Shown here piece by piece: positions 26,932 to 40,246 of a stretch of 64,000 bases of DNA (positions are counted from its first letter, which is position 1; each line of letters opens with the position of its first letter). The stretch is taken from positions 70,122,001 to 70,186,000 of the forward strand of contig OX597826.1 in assembly GCA_951406725.2 (NCBI GenBank), given 5' to 3'. Under the pieces are notes generated by a model. The model was not told the DNA's origin. It saw nothing but the letters and a program-made list of their open reading frames with translations, and did not search any database. The position numbers and the translations under genes are program-made. This DNA comes from Octopus vulgaris (lineage: Eukaryota).

Positions 26932-27400
26932 CAGTACAAGCACGCAGCCGCCGGACCGGCTTAAATAAACTAGACACGCACGCACGTACATACACACACG
27001 GCTTGTGTGAAGGCGCGTGTGGCTGAATGGTTAGAGTATTACACTCGTGATCGTAAGGTTGTGATTTCGATTCCTAGATTCGGCCGATGCATTCTGTTTT
27101 TAGGGTACAGTACAAGCACGCAGCCGCCGGACCGGCTTAAATAAACTAGACACGCACGCACATATACACGGCTTGGTGTGAAGGCGCGTGTGGCTGAATG
27201 GTTAGAGTATTACACTCGTGATCGTAAGGTTGTGATTTCGATTCCTAGATCCGGCCGATGCATTGCGTTTTCGAGTAAAAACACTTCGTTTCAAACTGAT
27301 CCAGTCCGATCAGCTGGCAAACGTGAATAATCCTGAAACGGTCCGGCGTCCCGTTCAGGGGTGAATACATTACGGGTCTTATGTCGCTATGACTCAAGAA
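26932..27400 (+). repeat. 176-bp tandem duplication of unique flank plus SINE family 3 head
   Basis: cagtacaagcacgcagccgccggacc at 26932 and 27108; each followed by ggcgcgtgtggctgaatggttag...ttcgattcc. Confidence 0.9.
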
Positions 27401-27417
27401 GGACCTATGGATCCCTC

Positions 27418-27600
27418 GTATTTCGTCTGCCGTTACCTCCGCAGTTCAAATTCCGCCGAGGTGGACTTTGCCTTTCATCCTTTCAGGGTCGATAAATTAA
27501 GTACCAGTTATGCTCTGATGTTGATATAATCGACTTAATCCGTTTGTCTGTCCTTGTTTGTCCCCTCTGTGTTTATCCCCCTGTGGGTAGTAAAGAAATA
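27418..27600 (+). mobile_element. SINE family 2 headless monomer
   Basis: Starts gtatttcgtctgcc and ends gtagtaaagaaata. Confidence 0.88.
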
Positions 27601-27604
27601 TATA

Positions 27605-27666
<62 letters not shown>

Positions 27667-27953
27667 TCCTACTCTGGCCATTATGATCGGTCTGAAACTG
27701 TATATCACATACATTCACACACACATTTTTTTACTAGCTTCAGTCAATGGAATGCGACCATGCTGGGGCACTGATTTCGAAGGTCCTACGCGATCGTTTT
27801 GACACCCAGTTCTTATTTCAGTCTGGTACTTATAATATCGATTTCTTTTATAGTAAACTGCAGTTTATGTTTGCTTGTTTGTTTGGTTTTGCATTAAGGG
27901 ACGCAACTCACCACCCGGGTTCCTGTAGTGTGTGTGTGTGTGTGTGTGAATAA

Positions 27954-28283
27954 GGTGCATGATTCAGTGGTTAAAGCGTCGGATTCACAATCATGAGGTA
28001 GTGAGTTCGATTCCCAGGCCTGGCTGTGTGTTATGTTCTTGAGCAAGACACTTTATTTCACGTTGCTCCAGTTCACTCAGCTGTAGAAATATGAGTTGCG
28101 ACATCACTGGTGCCAAGCTGTATCGGCCCCTTTGCCTTTCCCTTGGATAACATCAGTGACGTGGAGAAGAGAGGCTGGTATGCATGGGCAACTGCTGGCC
28201 TTCCATAAACAACCTTACCCAGTCTTGTGCCTTGGAGGGGAACTTTCTAGGTGCAATCCCTTGGTCAGTCTCATGACCGAACG
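27954..28283 (+). mobile_element. SINE family 3 variant (same head, different 3' body)
   Basis: tgattcagtggtta A-box, gagttcgattccc B-box, ttcttgagcaagacactttatttcacgttgctccag. Confidence 0.85.
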
Positions 28284-28284
28284 G

Positions 28285-28630
28285 TGTGTGACTGTGTGGT
28301 AAGTAACTTGCTTACCAACCACATGGTTCCGGGTTCATTCCCACCGCGTGGCACCTTGGGCAAGTGTCTTCTACTATAGCCCCTGGCCGACCAAAGCCTT
28401 GTGAGTGGATTTGGTAGACGGAAACTGAAAGAAGCTGATCATATATGTATATATGTGTGTGTGTATATGTTTGTGTGTCTGTGTTTGTCCTCCAACATCG
28501 CTTGACAAGCGATGCTGGTGTGTCTACGTCCCCGTAACTTGACAAGAATGAGTCCTGGGGTCGATTTGCTCGACTAAAGGCGGTGCTCCAGCATGGCCAC
28601 AGTCAAATACCTGAAAAAAGTAAAATAGTA
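28285..28630 (+). mobile_element. SINE family 1 with internal deletion
   Basis: Same motif chain as 25148-25586. Confidence 0.9.
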
Positions 28631-28914
28631 CAGAGTGTAATGTACTCAATGTTAAAACTTAGGGTGTACTATATATATGTGTGTGTGTAATGTATGTATG
28701 TATGAAACATGCGTGTATAGGCGTTTGGAGTTTTCTTTCACTCTCTTCAGGGGCCATATTTATATGTAGATATGACTGGGGGTAAGGCAAAGAAAACTCG
28801 AAGATCTTGTACTGGTGCAAGATCTATATTCGTGTGTGTGTGTAACGTGTACCACATGCACTCGCAATGCTATGGGAGAAGTCACCTGCGGAATGCGCCG
28901 CTCAGTGGGATCGA

Positions 28915-28969
28915 CACACACACTCTTTCTCTCTCTCTCTCTCTCTGTCTCTCTCTCCCTGTCTCTCTT

Positions 28970-29018
<49 letters not shown>

Positions 29019-29162
29019 TACTTTCACATTTATTATAATACAACGAACTAAAATACCAGGATATGAAATCTTTTCCTGCTTATTTTTCTTCAGGTTTTAC
29101 CTTCCGTATTCTACACACACACACATCCAACCATTCATACTTACGTTCACACACACACACGT

Positions 29163-29211
<49 letters not shown>

Positions 29212-29828
29212 TACACACACACAGAGTCTAAGGCATGTTTACAGTCGTACACACCCAATTCTCTTTAAACACATACAAACTCATCTTCGTGCCTACACAC
29301 CCACTCTCTCTCTTTCACTGTTTCTTTCACTCCCTCTCACACACTCTCTCTCTCTCTCACTCTACTATGTTACTCTCTTTTCCTTCTCTCTCTTCTCACT
29401 GTATCTCCTGTATCATTCTTCCACTTCCCTGTCTTTCTTAACTATCTTTTCTCTCTTTCTATGTTTCTATTTTCCTTCTCTCTATCTATCTATCTCTCTC
29501 TCACTCACACACACACACTTTCTCTCGCTTTCTCTCTCTCTCACTCACACACACACTCTCTCTCACTCACACACACACTCTCTCTCACTCACACACACAC
29601 TCTCTCTCTCTCCCTCTTCTCTCTGTCTATCCCCTTCTCTCTCTCTATCCCCTTCTCTCTCCCTCTCTCTCTCCCCTTCTCTCTCCCTCTCTCTCTCCCC
29701 CTTCTCTCTCCCTCTCTCTCTCTCCCCTTCTCTCTCTCATACACGTCCCATATCATTCCTTCGCTTTCTCTGTTTCTCTCTTTTCTTCTTTCTCAGCTAT
29801 TATAAGTCTCTCTCTCACACACACACAC

Positions 29829-29866
<38 letters not shown>

Positions 29867-29920
29867 TTATATCTATATACCCCCGTGTCATTCCTAACCC
29901 TCTCTCTCTCTCTTTGTTCC
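28915..29920. repeat. (CT)n/(CA)n microsatellite field
   Basis: Direct reading. Confidence 0.92.
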
Positions 29921-30309
29921 TCGCACTCTTCCTCCCAGCACCTCCACCGTGTCAACATGCCAAACTTGTCTCAACTGTCCACAGAAGGTCACAAACAAAA
30001 TAAAGACTTATCCCTCCGCCACCGCCACATCCCTCCCCCCAACAACTTTATTTCGTCTTTGTCTGTGTGTCGTTTCATAACCCACCCACCCACCCACCTA
30101 TCCCTCCTCCATCCTCCTCCTCCCGGTTCTCTTCTCACGACGACTACGACAACAATCCCCACCGTTGCACCCATGCTGTCCACCGTGTCTCCTTAGGACC
30201 ACTTCCTACATGTACACATGTAGGTGTGTATGTGTGTGTACGTGGTGCATTGTGAGTGTGTACGGCTGTGTGTATAAATATATGTACATGTATGTATAGA
30301 TAGATAAGT

Positions 30310-30560
30310 GGAGTCGCATGGCTTAGTGGTTCAGGTGTTGGACTCGCGATCGTAAGGTCAGGGTTTCGATTCCCGGATCGAACGATGCGTTGTGCTTTTG
30401 AAGCAAAAACACTTCTTCTCATATTGCTTCAATCCACTCAGCTGGCAAAACTAGAATTTTCTTGCGACGGACCGGTGTCTCATCCAGGAGGAATATATAC
30501 TCCACAGAATCCGGAAAACCGACCTTACGATCCGATAACTCGGGAAGGATCTTTGATCCC
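30310..30560 (+). mobile_element. SINE family 3
   Basis: tggcttagtggtt A-box, ggtttcgattccc B-box, ccactcagctggcaaaa. Confidence 0.85.
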
Positions 30561-31499
30561 TTGATATATGTGTGTAGTTTGTATAGTTTAACAAGTTTGC
30601 TTCATAACTACCTCCTAGCTTCAGGTTCGATCTTACTGCGAGTCACATTTGACATATACCTTCTCTCCATAACCTCCGATCAACCAAAACCTTTTAAGTG
30701 AAACTTTGTAGCGGTAGAGACTAATTGTTTTATTATAATGTAGGCATGAACATGTAGCGTCACCTGGTTTATCATCGCTGCCACATAATCTTTAGTTTAA
30801 TGTATACACGTGAGGTCATGGACCTGCACCAAAGAAATCGTACTTTATTTTGTGATGGAAGAACAGAATGAGACGACCCTAGAGAAGGCTCTATAGAGTA
30901 CAAGCCTAAGCTGAGTAAGATTTGAGTACAGAATGCAAAAAACCAGGAGCAACTAGTGAAAGGCACTATTAACTACATTTTTGGCATTCTACCATGAACC
31001 ACGCACCGCACACACACACAACACAATCTATCTAACTTTACGATGGGGTTTCTATAAAATTTACGCACCATTTTTAATTCCCTATGATTATATTTCTATT
31101 TTTCTCTACATATCTATTTTGAAAATGGTAAATTGTCCGAAACGTCAATATCTCTCCTTTTCCTTTACAGCTCAGTTCATTGACCTTTTACTGTTGTTCG
31201 TTTTTCGTTTTAATCGTTTTGCTTATCAATTGCCTTCTGGATGTACCTACACGCTGGCACAGATGGAAAAATACCGGATTACACGGATACCAGATTTATA
31301 TCTGACGCATCTGATGAAAATTACCATGGAGTTCACTTCCCTCTATCTATCTCTAATTGCAGTACTTGGTCAACTAATCAGCTCACAACACACGTTCGTT
31401 CATGTAACCGTATGCACACGCAGGCATCTGTACATGTGAAATCTAACATTTGCTTACTCTAGACCACGCAGACAAATACACTCCCCGTTTACGGCAGTT

Positions 31500-31845
31500 C
31501 CGTGGTTCTTAACTTGGGTCCACATGACCCCTGTGGATCTATATAAGATTTGGTGGGGCGGGGTCCACGCTAATGAAATAGGAAATTGAGAATTCACAGT
31601 AGTATTTTAAAGTGTCTGTGTAGAGTTTTGATTTAAATGTATCTGTTGCATGTAACATTTAGGTTTCGTTCTCTAACATTTTACATAGCTCATCCTACAC
31701 AAGGGAATGAGTGAAAAGCAGAATAGGAATTTTGAAAGAAGTTAGTATGAAACCTAGTTTTTAAACACCGAATGGCTTTGAGGTTCAACCAAGAATAAAA
31801 CAGTAATCAAAGGCGTCCATAGATAAAAATGGTTGAAAACCACTG
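31500..31845. mobile_element. hAT (Charlie-like) MITE
   Basis: Termini ccgtggttcttaac / gttgaaaaccactg; eroded 8-bp flanks cggcagtt / ctgaaatt. Confidence 0.75.
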
Positions 31846-31864
31846 CTGAAATTTCACAAATTAC

Positions 31865-31914
<50 letters not shown>

Positions 31915-33286
31915 GCTACTGTTGCTGCTGCTACTACTACTACTACTACTACTACTACTCCCTCTCCCTCTCTCTGTGAGTGTTTGGACGCGCGTGCGTA
32001 TGTACATATATAATATAGAACAGCGTTTTTGGGAACGCTGAGATATAATATAGGCTTTTTTTTAATAATCGTATTATTTTAACCTCACTCTGTAAGATAG
32101 AATAATCAAAACGATAGCACATCTGTCTTACTCCATTATCTGTCCGTGTGCAGGAAAAACGAGATCGATCTGGGCAGTTTTGTAGCATCGTTTAACCATT
32201 ATCAAAAAAAGGATGCCCGCCTTTTCTATCCACGAGGAGATTACGAGCGTCAAGTTATTAAACTCGGCCTCGGCGAAGCTGTCCTGTCTAATTTGCATAA
32301 CAGTGCGTGTACCGAAAACATGGATTAATCCAATTAGTTGAATCAATTTGTTAATTAAAAAATTAATTAATATGATTAATTTTCATTCTGCCAGATAAAA
32401 AAACATGTGGCGTAACAACTTGGTTTACTTTTTACAAGCAAGACCAAAACCAAAATTGTGATGGCTTAAAAATTATAAGCTAATGTTTTTGTTTTTAGAG
32501 GATGTTTCATATCGTGTATGACTTTAATTTTTGTATGTGTGTATCTGTATGCAATGGTACGTGTGTGTGTGTTAGTGTTGGGTGTGTGATTATTAGTTTG
32601 TGTTAGAGCTTGTGCTTGTATGTGTAAATGATCGTGTAGTTGTGTGTGTCGTGTGCAGCCGTTACGATGTGTGTGTATCTTTGTTGTGCATTTGTATGTA
32701 GAAGGGATCGTTGCGTGTTTGAAGTTATGTTGTGCATCTGTTTCTGTACTAGCGCTAACATGCTACCTTAAAGATAAGGTATTGGCGGTTTTATATCGCA
32801 TAATATTATTTAAATTAGTGGGTCCCAAACATGCTCGGGTTATCTTTATATCCTCTTCGTAATGTAACCAGTTGGTTATTGCTATTTGAAATACATTTTC
32901 TTGAGTGATCATGATCAGTCGCTTAATACACACACGCACACAGTATACTCTAGTAGCTATAGTGTAACTCTAAGTTCTCCCTGGTATCAAACAGCCCCAT
33001 GATAAAAGACGTTCTAACTACGACCATCTTTTTTTTTTTTGATTTTGCCTTTTTTACTTTACTTCGTACATCAGGATTTCCTACTATTAAGACGATATTT
33101 GGCCACTTATTTCTACTTATGAGTAGACTTACAATGAAAGATTTTCAGCGCAGGGTAGCCATTTTTACTTTTGTATTTTGTTAGGTAAAAGAATGCAATT
33201 TGAGCGAGCTTTTAGAACTATTAGAAATTATTGAATATAAGACATTAAACGACACAAGTTGAAATAATTATCTCAGCAACCATTTA

Positions 33287-33341
<55 letters not shown>

Positions 33342-33390
33342 CTCCCTCCCCCTCTCTCTCTCTCTCTCTCTCTATCTATATATATATATA

Positions 33391-33580
33391 TGACTACGTG
33401 TGTATCGTTGTCGATTTATTCCCTCCGTCTTCCCTTCCTTGGATCTTTCCTGACGAAGAGCTCCGCTCGAAACGTTAAATCCTCCTTTCTTTCCTTTCCT
33501 GAGCCTCCAACTATACTATACTTGCTCCACGTCCTCGCGTTGTTGTGTTTTCTCTTCGTGTTTTCATGTTTGGATTAACT
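33391..33580 (+). mobile_element. Hammerhead-bearing non-autonomous element P1 (Penelope/retrozyme-like), copy A
   Basis: CTGACGA-AGAGC-tcc-GCTC-GAAA-cg-tt at 33450-33476; (TA)n on both sides; homologous to 39934-40141, 57704-57882 and 63193-63420. Confidence 0.8.
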
Positions 33581-34169
33581 ATATATATACACGGAGTAAC
33601 AACAAATCCGTTGCTTTCTCGCACTTTCGTTTCTCCATTTCTATCCTTTGTCTAGCTCTACTTTTGTATATCCTTTGCCCTTGGTTCGTCTTCGCTTCGA
33701 TTTCCCTCTTAAAACGTTTTATAAAGCTCAAACAGATCGAGTGAAGAGACGAAATTATCTATTTGAAGCCAAGAAAGCGAAACTTATCAATGCAATTGGG
33801 AGACAATACAGTTAGAAGCATATAATGAATAATTATGATAACAATAGCGAGAGAAAACAATTTTATTAATAGAGTGATATCCGATGATGTTTTCCATCAA
33901 TATAATGAGCGAGTCGTGTCGTTTTGTGCATAAACGTAGACCTGTGTGTGTGTTGCGTACAGTTTTAGGATTAAATAGTTACAGATGATTTGATTGGTTG
34001 AAAAGCTTGTTCAAAACTCTACGCTGTTGATGTCACTCTGTATCTGGTTTTGTTTCTGAATATGCGCTGTACGACTAGGCTTTCTCTTCTGCGGGTCTTA
34101 CAAATAGCAAAGGACCACGTTTCGGACTTCTCCCATCTTGCGAGCTCTGGGACGATGACCGTTCGCTCA

Positions 34170-34387
34170 ACAGCAACAGCAACACCAACACCGACTGTCA
34201 AGCGGTGATGAGGATGGGGGTACAAATACAGACACTCACACACACACATACATATACACATAAAATATACGACAGGTTTCTTTCAGTTTCGGTCGGTCCG
34301 AGGCTATAGTAGATGACACTTGCCCAAGGTGTCACGCAGTGGGACTGAACCCGGTTGGGAAGCAAGCTTCTTACCACACAGCTACGC
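34170..34387 (-). mobile_element. SINE family 1, partial
   Basis: ttctttcagtttc...cacttgcccaaggtgtcacgcagtgggactgaaccc. Confidence 0.85.
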
Positions 34388-35069
34388 TATGAATGAGTGT
34401 GTATACTTTTGCTAGTTTTCAAAAGAAAAAGGGGTCTCAACACCACCACCACTCACCTCTACTACCCCCTGCCCCACGGTCATTGAGGGGATGTAAAGGA
34501 TGTAGATAAGCTGTGTATAATTGCTTCGACGCACCTATTATAACAATTACTCGCCTGTCCAGCGCTGACCATTTCTCACCTTTTGTTATTGTTGTTGCTC
34601 TGTCAGGTGTGTATTTTTGTTGGTCTTTTCCAGGTTTCAAGATATCTTTGAAATACACTGTATGTACATATGTATGTATATGTATATACATATATATGTG
34701 TGTGTGTGTGTGTGTATAGAAATGTGTATGCGTATGTCTACGTATGAATTGTACTATGTATGTATAGAAAAATGATAATACCTGAATATTTTTTTTGATC
34801 TACCTGATGTGTTAACTTAATTGTACACACGCGCACGCACACACACACACATACACAGGTATATGCAGGCCTTCTGTCTTGTTCTCTTGAGACGAAGCTA
34901 CCAAACAGGTCAAATACAACTCACCTCCCTTCCAACTTCCACCCAAACAACTATCATCAACACCTCCACTGTCGCCACCTATATTACCACCAACACCATA
35001 GAAAAGAGAGAGAGAGAGAGAGGGGTTAGAAATTAAATGGCTTTTTCCCACTTCTCCCTTTTTCCACTT

Positions 35070-35100
<31 letters not shown>

Positions 35101-35229
35101 TAATAACAAAATAATAAATAAAACATGCATATATACATACATATATGTACATACCTACATCTATATGTATATATACATACATATATGTACATACTGACAT
35201 CTATATGTATATATAGATGCATATCTGGG

Positions 35230-35402
35230 TACAGGACACCACAAAAAAAAACGTAGAACACAATGAGAAACGAAAACATAAAAACAAAAACATAGAAACG
35301 AACTTTTTTCAAACAACGAAAAAACAGAGTACAAGACATACAACGCAAGGAATATTCCCCTTCTTCAGTTGTCCCTGTTTCGACTACTCCGTGTTTCGAA
35401 GC
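35230..35402 (-). mobile_element. Probable Penelope-type terminal-repeat fragment between microsatellites
   Basis: Minus strand cgaaacacggag...ctgaagaagggg followed by a long U-rich tail, the same architecture as P1/P2; no complete ribozyme core. Confidence 0.35.
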
Positions 35403-35420
35403 TATATATATATATAATAT

Positions 35421-35845
35421 GGGCGCAGGAGTGGCTTTGTGGTAAGTAGCTTGCTTACCAACCACATGATTCCGGGTTCATTCCCTCCCACTGCGTGGCA
35501 CCTTGGGCAACTGTCTTCTACTATAGCCTCGGGCCGACCAAAGCCTTGTGAGTGGATTTGGTAGACGGAAACTGAAAGAAGCCTGTCGTATATATGTATA
35601 TATACATATATATATATGTATGTGTGTATATATACTTGTGTGTCTGTGTTTGCCCTCCCTACCCAATATCGCTTGACAACCGATGCTGGTGTGTTTACAT
35701 ACCCCGTAACTTAGCGGTTCGGCAAAAGACACCGATAGAATAAGTACTAGGCTTACAAAGAATAAGTCGTGGGGTCGATTTGCTCGACTATAAAGGCGGT
35801 GCTCCAGCATGGCCGCAGTCAAATGACTGAAACAAGTAAAAGAGA
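35421..35845 (+). mobile_element. SINE family 1, full length
   Basis: gggcgcaggagtggc ... aaatgactgaaacaagtaaaagag. Confidence 0.93.
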
Positions 35846-36483
35846 AATATATATATTTATATATTCTCTTTACTGCGACCTCATACGTGCCCTTCCGTCT
35901 GTTTCGTCCCCCCTCTCTCTCTCTCTCTCTCTCTCGCTCTCTCTCTGCCCATCCTCACCCTCCCTTTACTTTCAAGCCACGTAGCGTAACGAGGTAGTAA
36001 GGGGTGGGTTATTAACCTACGCTTTAAATGTTTGACCTCTCTTTCTCACCTTCTTCGTCTCTCTGTCTCTTTCTCCCTTCCTCCCTTCCCCCTCTCTCGC
36101 TCCAAGTAACAAGTTAGTTTAGTTGGAAGTCAAAGCCGAGAGGAAGACCATCTCTCTACTCTACTGTTCCGTTCTCACACACATACATCAAATAGCTACA
36201 CACACACACATACACATACACACACACACACATATACATACACACACGTAAACACACGGCGCGTGCGCAAGGGCTTTAGACGTAGTAATGCAGAATAAAA
36301 GGGGAAAGAGAAGAACCGAGATGTGACAATGGGGAAACGAGAGGGGAAGTAAGAGGCTGAAAGACCAGTGAATGGACGTGAAGAGATGGGTGGGAGGTGT
36401 CGTTAAGTGTGTGTGAAGTGTTAACAAATAAATAGTTCCCAGATACATACCTATACATCTCTCTCTTTCTTTCTCTCTCTCAT

Positions 36484-36526
<43 letters not shown>

Positions 36527-36527
36527 G

Positions 36528-36568
<41 letters not shown>

Positions 36569-36589
36569 GTGTGTGTATTATATATATTC

Positions 36590-36800
36590 TTGTTTTCTTT
36601 TGCTTGTTGCGGCCATGCTGGAGCACCGCCTTTAAGTCGAACAAATCGATCGCAGGACTTTTTCTTTGTACGCCTATACTTATCCTAGCGGGCTTTTTTT
36701 GCCGAACCAAGTTACGGGGACGTAAACACACCAACATCGGTTGTCAAGCGCTGGTGAGGGGACAAACACAGACACACAAATACATACATACATACATATA
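36590..36800 (-). mobile_element. SINE family 1, 3' half
   Basis: gcggccatgctggagcaccgcc...catcggttgtcaagcg. Confidence 0.88.
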
Positions 36801-36814
36801 TACATATATAGATC

Positions 36815-37000
36815 GGTAGCCACTAGACACATTTTGTTTCTCTCCTTGTTTCTTTCTGTGTTCCTTTCTGTGGAAGAGCGTAGGCTCGAAACGTTAAAGA
36901 CTTTTTCAATTCCCGAGCGCTATACTAATACATCTGTTTGTTTTCTACACCACCTCTCTTCGTCTTTTGTTTTTTTCTTTTTCGTGAATTCTCCCTACAC
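36815..37000 (+). mobile_element. Hammerhead-bearing element P2, copy A
   Basis: CTTT-CTGTGGA-AGAGC-gtag-GCTC-GAAA-cg-tt-AAAG at 36864-36899; homologous to 39485-39655 and 54262-54445. Confidence 0.75.
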
Positions 37001-37593
37001 ACACACATACACACATACACACACACACGCACACACACATATATATATGCTTCTAATATAAGGATAAAATTTCTTGCTACTGAGTTTCACCTGTGGTTGC
37101 ACAGGCTCTTCAGGCATATTTTGACAAGTCGTACTCACTGGCAGAACGCAGAATAGCAAGAGACTGACTGATTCAACTAATACATATGAGAATCAGGCTA
37201 GACTTTGGTGCCTGGGTGTGCATCAGAATATTCTAGGTGGGGACTAATTTGTAATAATGCTAAAGTGGAGTTCCAAAATAAGTCTATCACTGTAAGGCGG
37301 GGAAGTGCCGTCCAGTGTATTCCGTTAGGGACGGGGCATGATGAGAGCTGTGAAGTACAGTGTATTGCCAATTGCTACACACCCACGATACCAAAGCCAC
37401 TACACTACACTAATACCACTAAAGCTACTACCGCAACGCTAATACATGAGTACAAAAATAGCATTAACAGCACCACTAACACCTCTACCAACAGTATTAT
37501 AACACCGCCACCACCTCAATACTACCACCATTATCACTTAGCTTAGTGAAGGGGTGATTTAAGCTAATATCGAGTCATAACTACTACTACTAC

Positions 37594-37636
<43 letters not shown>

Positions 37637-38087
37637 GCTGCTGCTACCATTTCTGAAATGAGAAGGTCAGTGGCTTTGGGAAATTGACAGGTGGACAGAT
37701 ATGCGTGTGTGTGTGTGAGCCGTAGGACCCCCACCGCTCCCACTTATCGTCACAGTTTTTGGGAGGTCAAACATATATTCGTAGAGGTTATTTCTTTATC
37801 GTTTTCTTTCTGTCTTTTTACCCTTTTTTAATTTTTTTTTCTTCTTCCCTATTTTCAGTTCAGCTGTCGTTCATATTTAGTGCTGACAGCGATAGATAGA
37901 TAGATACAGATAGACAAAGATATAGACAGATAGAAAGCCAGGTAATATAGGTAGACGGACGGACGGACAAACGGAACGATAGGTAGGTAATTTGATAGGC
38001 TCAAAAACCTCTGTGTGTGTGTGTGTGCCGTATTTGATGGCTTATAACGGTCATCCGCAACCATTTTTTTTTTCACTTGCGGTATAC

Positions 38088-38560
38088 TCTTTACTCTTTT
38101 ACTTGTTTCAGTCATTTGACTGCGGCCATGCTGGAGCACCGCTTTTAGTCGAGCAAATCGACCCCAGGACTTATTCTTTGCAAGCCTAGTACTTATTCTA
38201 TCGGTCATTTTTGCCGAACCGCTAAGTTGCGGGGGACGTAAACATACCAGCATCGGTTGTCAAGCGATGTTGGTGGGGTCAAACACAGACAGACAAACAC
38301 ACACACTCATATATATACATATACAAATACATATATATGACGGAAATTGAAAGCCCGTCGTATATATGCATATATATGTGTCTGTTTGTCAACCGGTGCT
38401 GGTGTGTTTATATCCCCGTATCTTAGCAGTTCGGCAAAAGAGACCGATAGAATAAGTACCAGGCTTATACAAAGTAAGTACTGGGGTCGATACATTCTTC
38501 AAGACGGTGCTCCAGCATGGCCGCAATCTAATGACTGAAACAAGTAAAAGATAAAAGATA
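38088..38560. mobile_element. Two SINE family 1 3' halves fused head-to-head as an inverted repeat
   Basis: Minus copy 38088-38343 and plus copy 38339-38560 overlap at gacgg. Confidence 0.88.
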
Positions 38561-38838
38561 TATTTTGAATACGTTCGACTATTGCGATGTTCTACGTGAA
38601 AACGAATGTGTGTATGTGTGTGTTTATAATATAAGCATTGGGTGCATAGAACCATATGAAAGCACTCTGGCCGAAGACCCAGCTTTCAGGTGAAGAAGAT
38701 AATTAAATTCCACCGTAATTTAAAAGGACTATGCAGCTAAAAATCGGGGATATGCAAACAGTATTTTCATTGTGGAATATACATAAATAAGCGAATTAAA
38801 CAGAGGTAAGAAGCAAAAAGAGTTTTAATACATCCATT

Positions 38839-38882
38839 GAGGTTACAGCTGTTTCGTAATATATTCAGAATTACATCAGCTC
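38839..38882 (-). ncRNA. Degenerate hammerhead motif (P3-type)
   Basis: Minus strand gag-CTGAT-GTAAT-tctgaatat-ATTAC-GAAA-CAGCTG-TA-acctc-aatgg; two core nucleotides missing. Confidence 0.5.
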
Positions 38883-39411
38883 CGATGCAGAGATACACAC
38901 ACACATAAACAAACGAACATCTATATACATACATGCGATGTTTGCACATACACATATATACGTACATGTATGTATACATACATACAAACATACATAATAT
39001 ATATCCGTATAATCAGAATTATCTGGAGATATCTATTTAGTAGATAATTATATAATAGATGCACCCATGGGCATATGGTTTACTTATTTCTATATGAGAA
39101 ATCATTCCCAAAGTTTTGTCCTTAAGTGAATAGCATGTGTACGTATGCCTTTAGATATATGGACGTGTGTGAGAGTGGTGGGTTCGATATGTATCTATGT
39201 GTATGAATATATGTGTGTGTGTGTATGTATTGTCGAAATTACGACAGCAGATGATTTATTCCTAACATTATAAATACATAAGTTATAAAATTTATGCCAT
39301 TCTGCACAGAAGTTAAATAGGACCTAACCAGGCTGAAATCCCAATTTTTCGCTTGTCAGTTCTGTACAGTGTCACGAAGTCAACGCGTTGTTTTTCTTTT
39401 CTGACATGAAC

Positions 39412-39454
<43 letters not shown>

Positions 39455-39484
39455 CACGCACGCGCATATACACATGTATATATG

Positions 39485-39655
39485 TGCCGTTTTCTTTCGT
39501 TCTTGCTCCGTATTTTTTCCCAGTTAATCCTTTCTGTTGAAGAGCGTAGGCTCGAAATGTCAAAGATTTTTTTCATTTTTCCAGAGCATGAAACTAATAC
39601 ACCTGCTTGTTGTTCCTTCACCTGTTTCGTCTTTTGTATTCTGTAAATTTAATCT
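39485..39655 (+). mobile_element. Hammerhead-bearing element P2, copy B
   Basis: CTTT-CTGTTGA-AGAGC-gtag-GCTC-GAAA-tg-TC-AAAG at 39530-39565; ends at (TA)n. Confidence 0.75.
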
Positions 39656-39933
39656 ATATATATATATGAGCGAGCAAGGGGCCCTCTACTTGAGATCTCT
39701 AGAAGCTTGGAAATATCCACCAAATTTCCTCTAATATCACACTCCACTATATGAAAAAAGGAAGGACACATAGACATTGATGAAGCAATGACCAAAATTC
39801 AAAATGTCTTGGACTCGCTATGACTGACTTAAATAAAACTTAGGTATTGTTTTATCTTAGAAGATAGCAGTGTCGTTAACTCTCACACTCACGCGCGCAC
39901 GCGCGCACACACACACACACACACGTATGTATG

Positions 39934-40141
39934 TGACTTCGTGTGTATCGTTGGCGATTTCTTTTCTTCCGTCTTCCCTTCCTTGGATCTTTCCTTTCCC
40001 TATGTTTCTGACGAAGAGCTCCGCTCGAAACCTTAAACCCTCCTTCTTTCTTTCCTTTCCTGAGCGTCCAATAACACTATACTTGTTCCACGTCCTCGTG
40101 TTGTTGTGTTTTCTCTTTGTGTTTTCATCCTTGGATTAACT
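39934..40141 (+). mobile_element. Hammerhead-bearing element P1, copy B
   Basis: GTTT-CTGACGA-AGAGC-tcc-GCTC-GAAA-cc-tt-AAAC at 40004-40038. Confidence 0.8.
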
Positions 40142-40159
40142 TTATGTATGTATTCAGGC

Positions 40160-40246
40160 GGCTCCGAGGAAGCTATTAAATGTCGCACTGGCACTCTCAG
40201 CTGTAGTTAGTTATCTAGTTACTTGTAGCAGAAACATATGTAAGCC
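40160..40246 (+). ncRNA. Hammerhead-like motif P3 with long stem-II loop
   Basis: GGCT-CCGAGGA-A-GCTA-(~50 nt)-TAGC-A-GAAA-CATATG-TA-AGCC; stem I GGCT/AGCC, palindromic ACATATGT. Confidence 0.6.

Noticed and set aside
35990-36010. let-7-like gaggtagta
   Set aside because: Only the seed region matches; no hairpin
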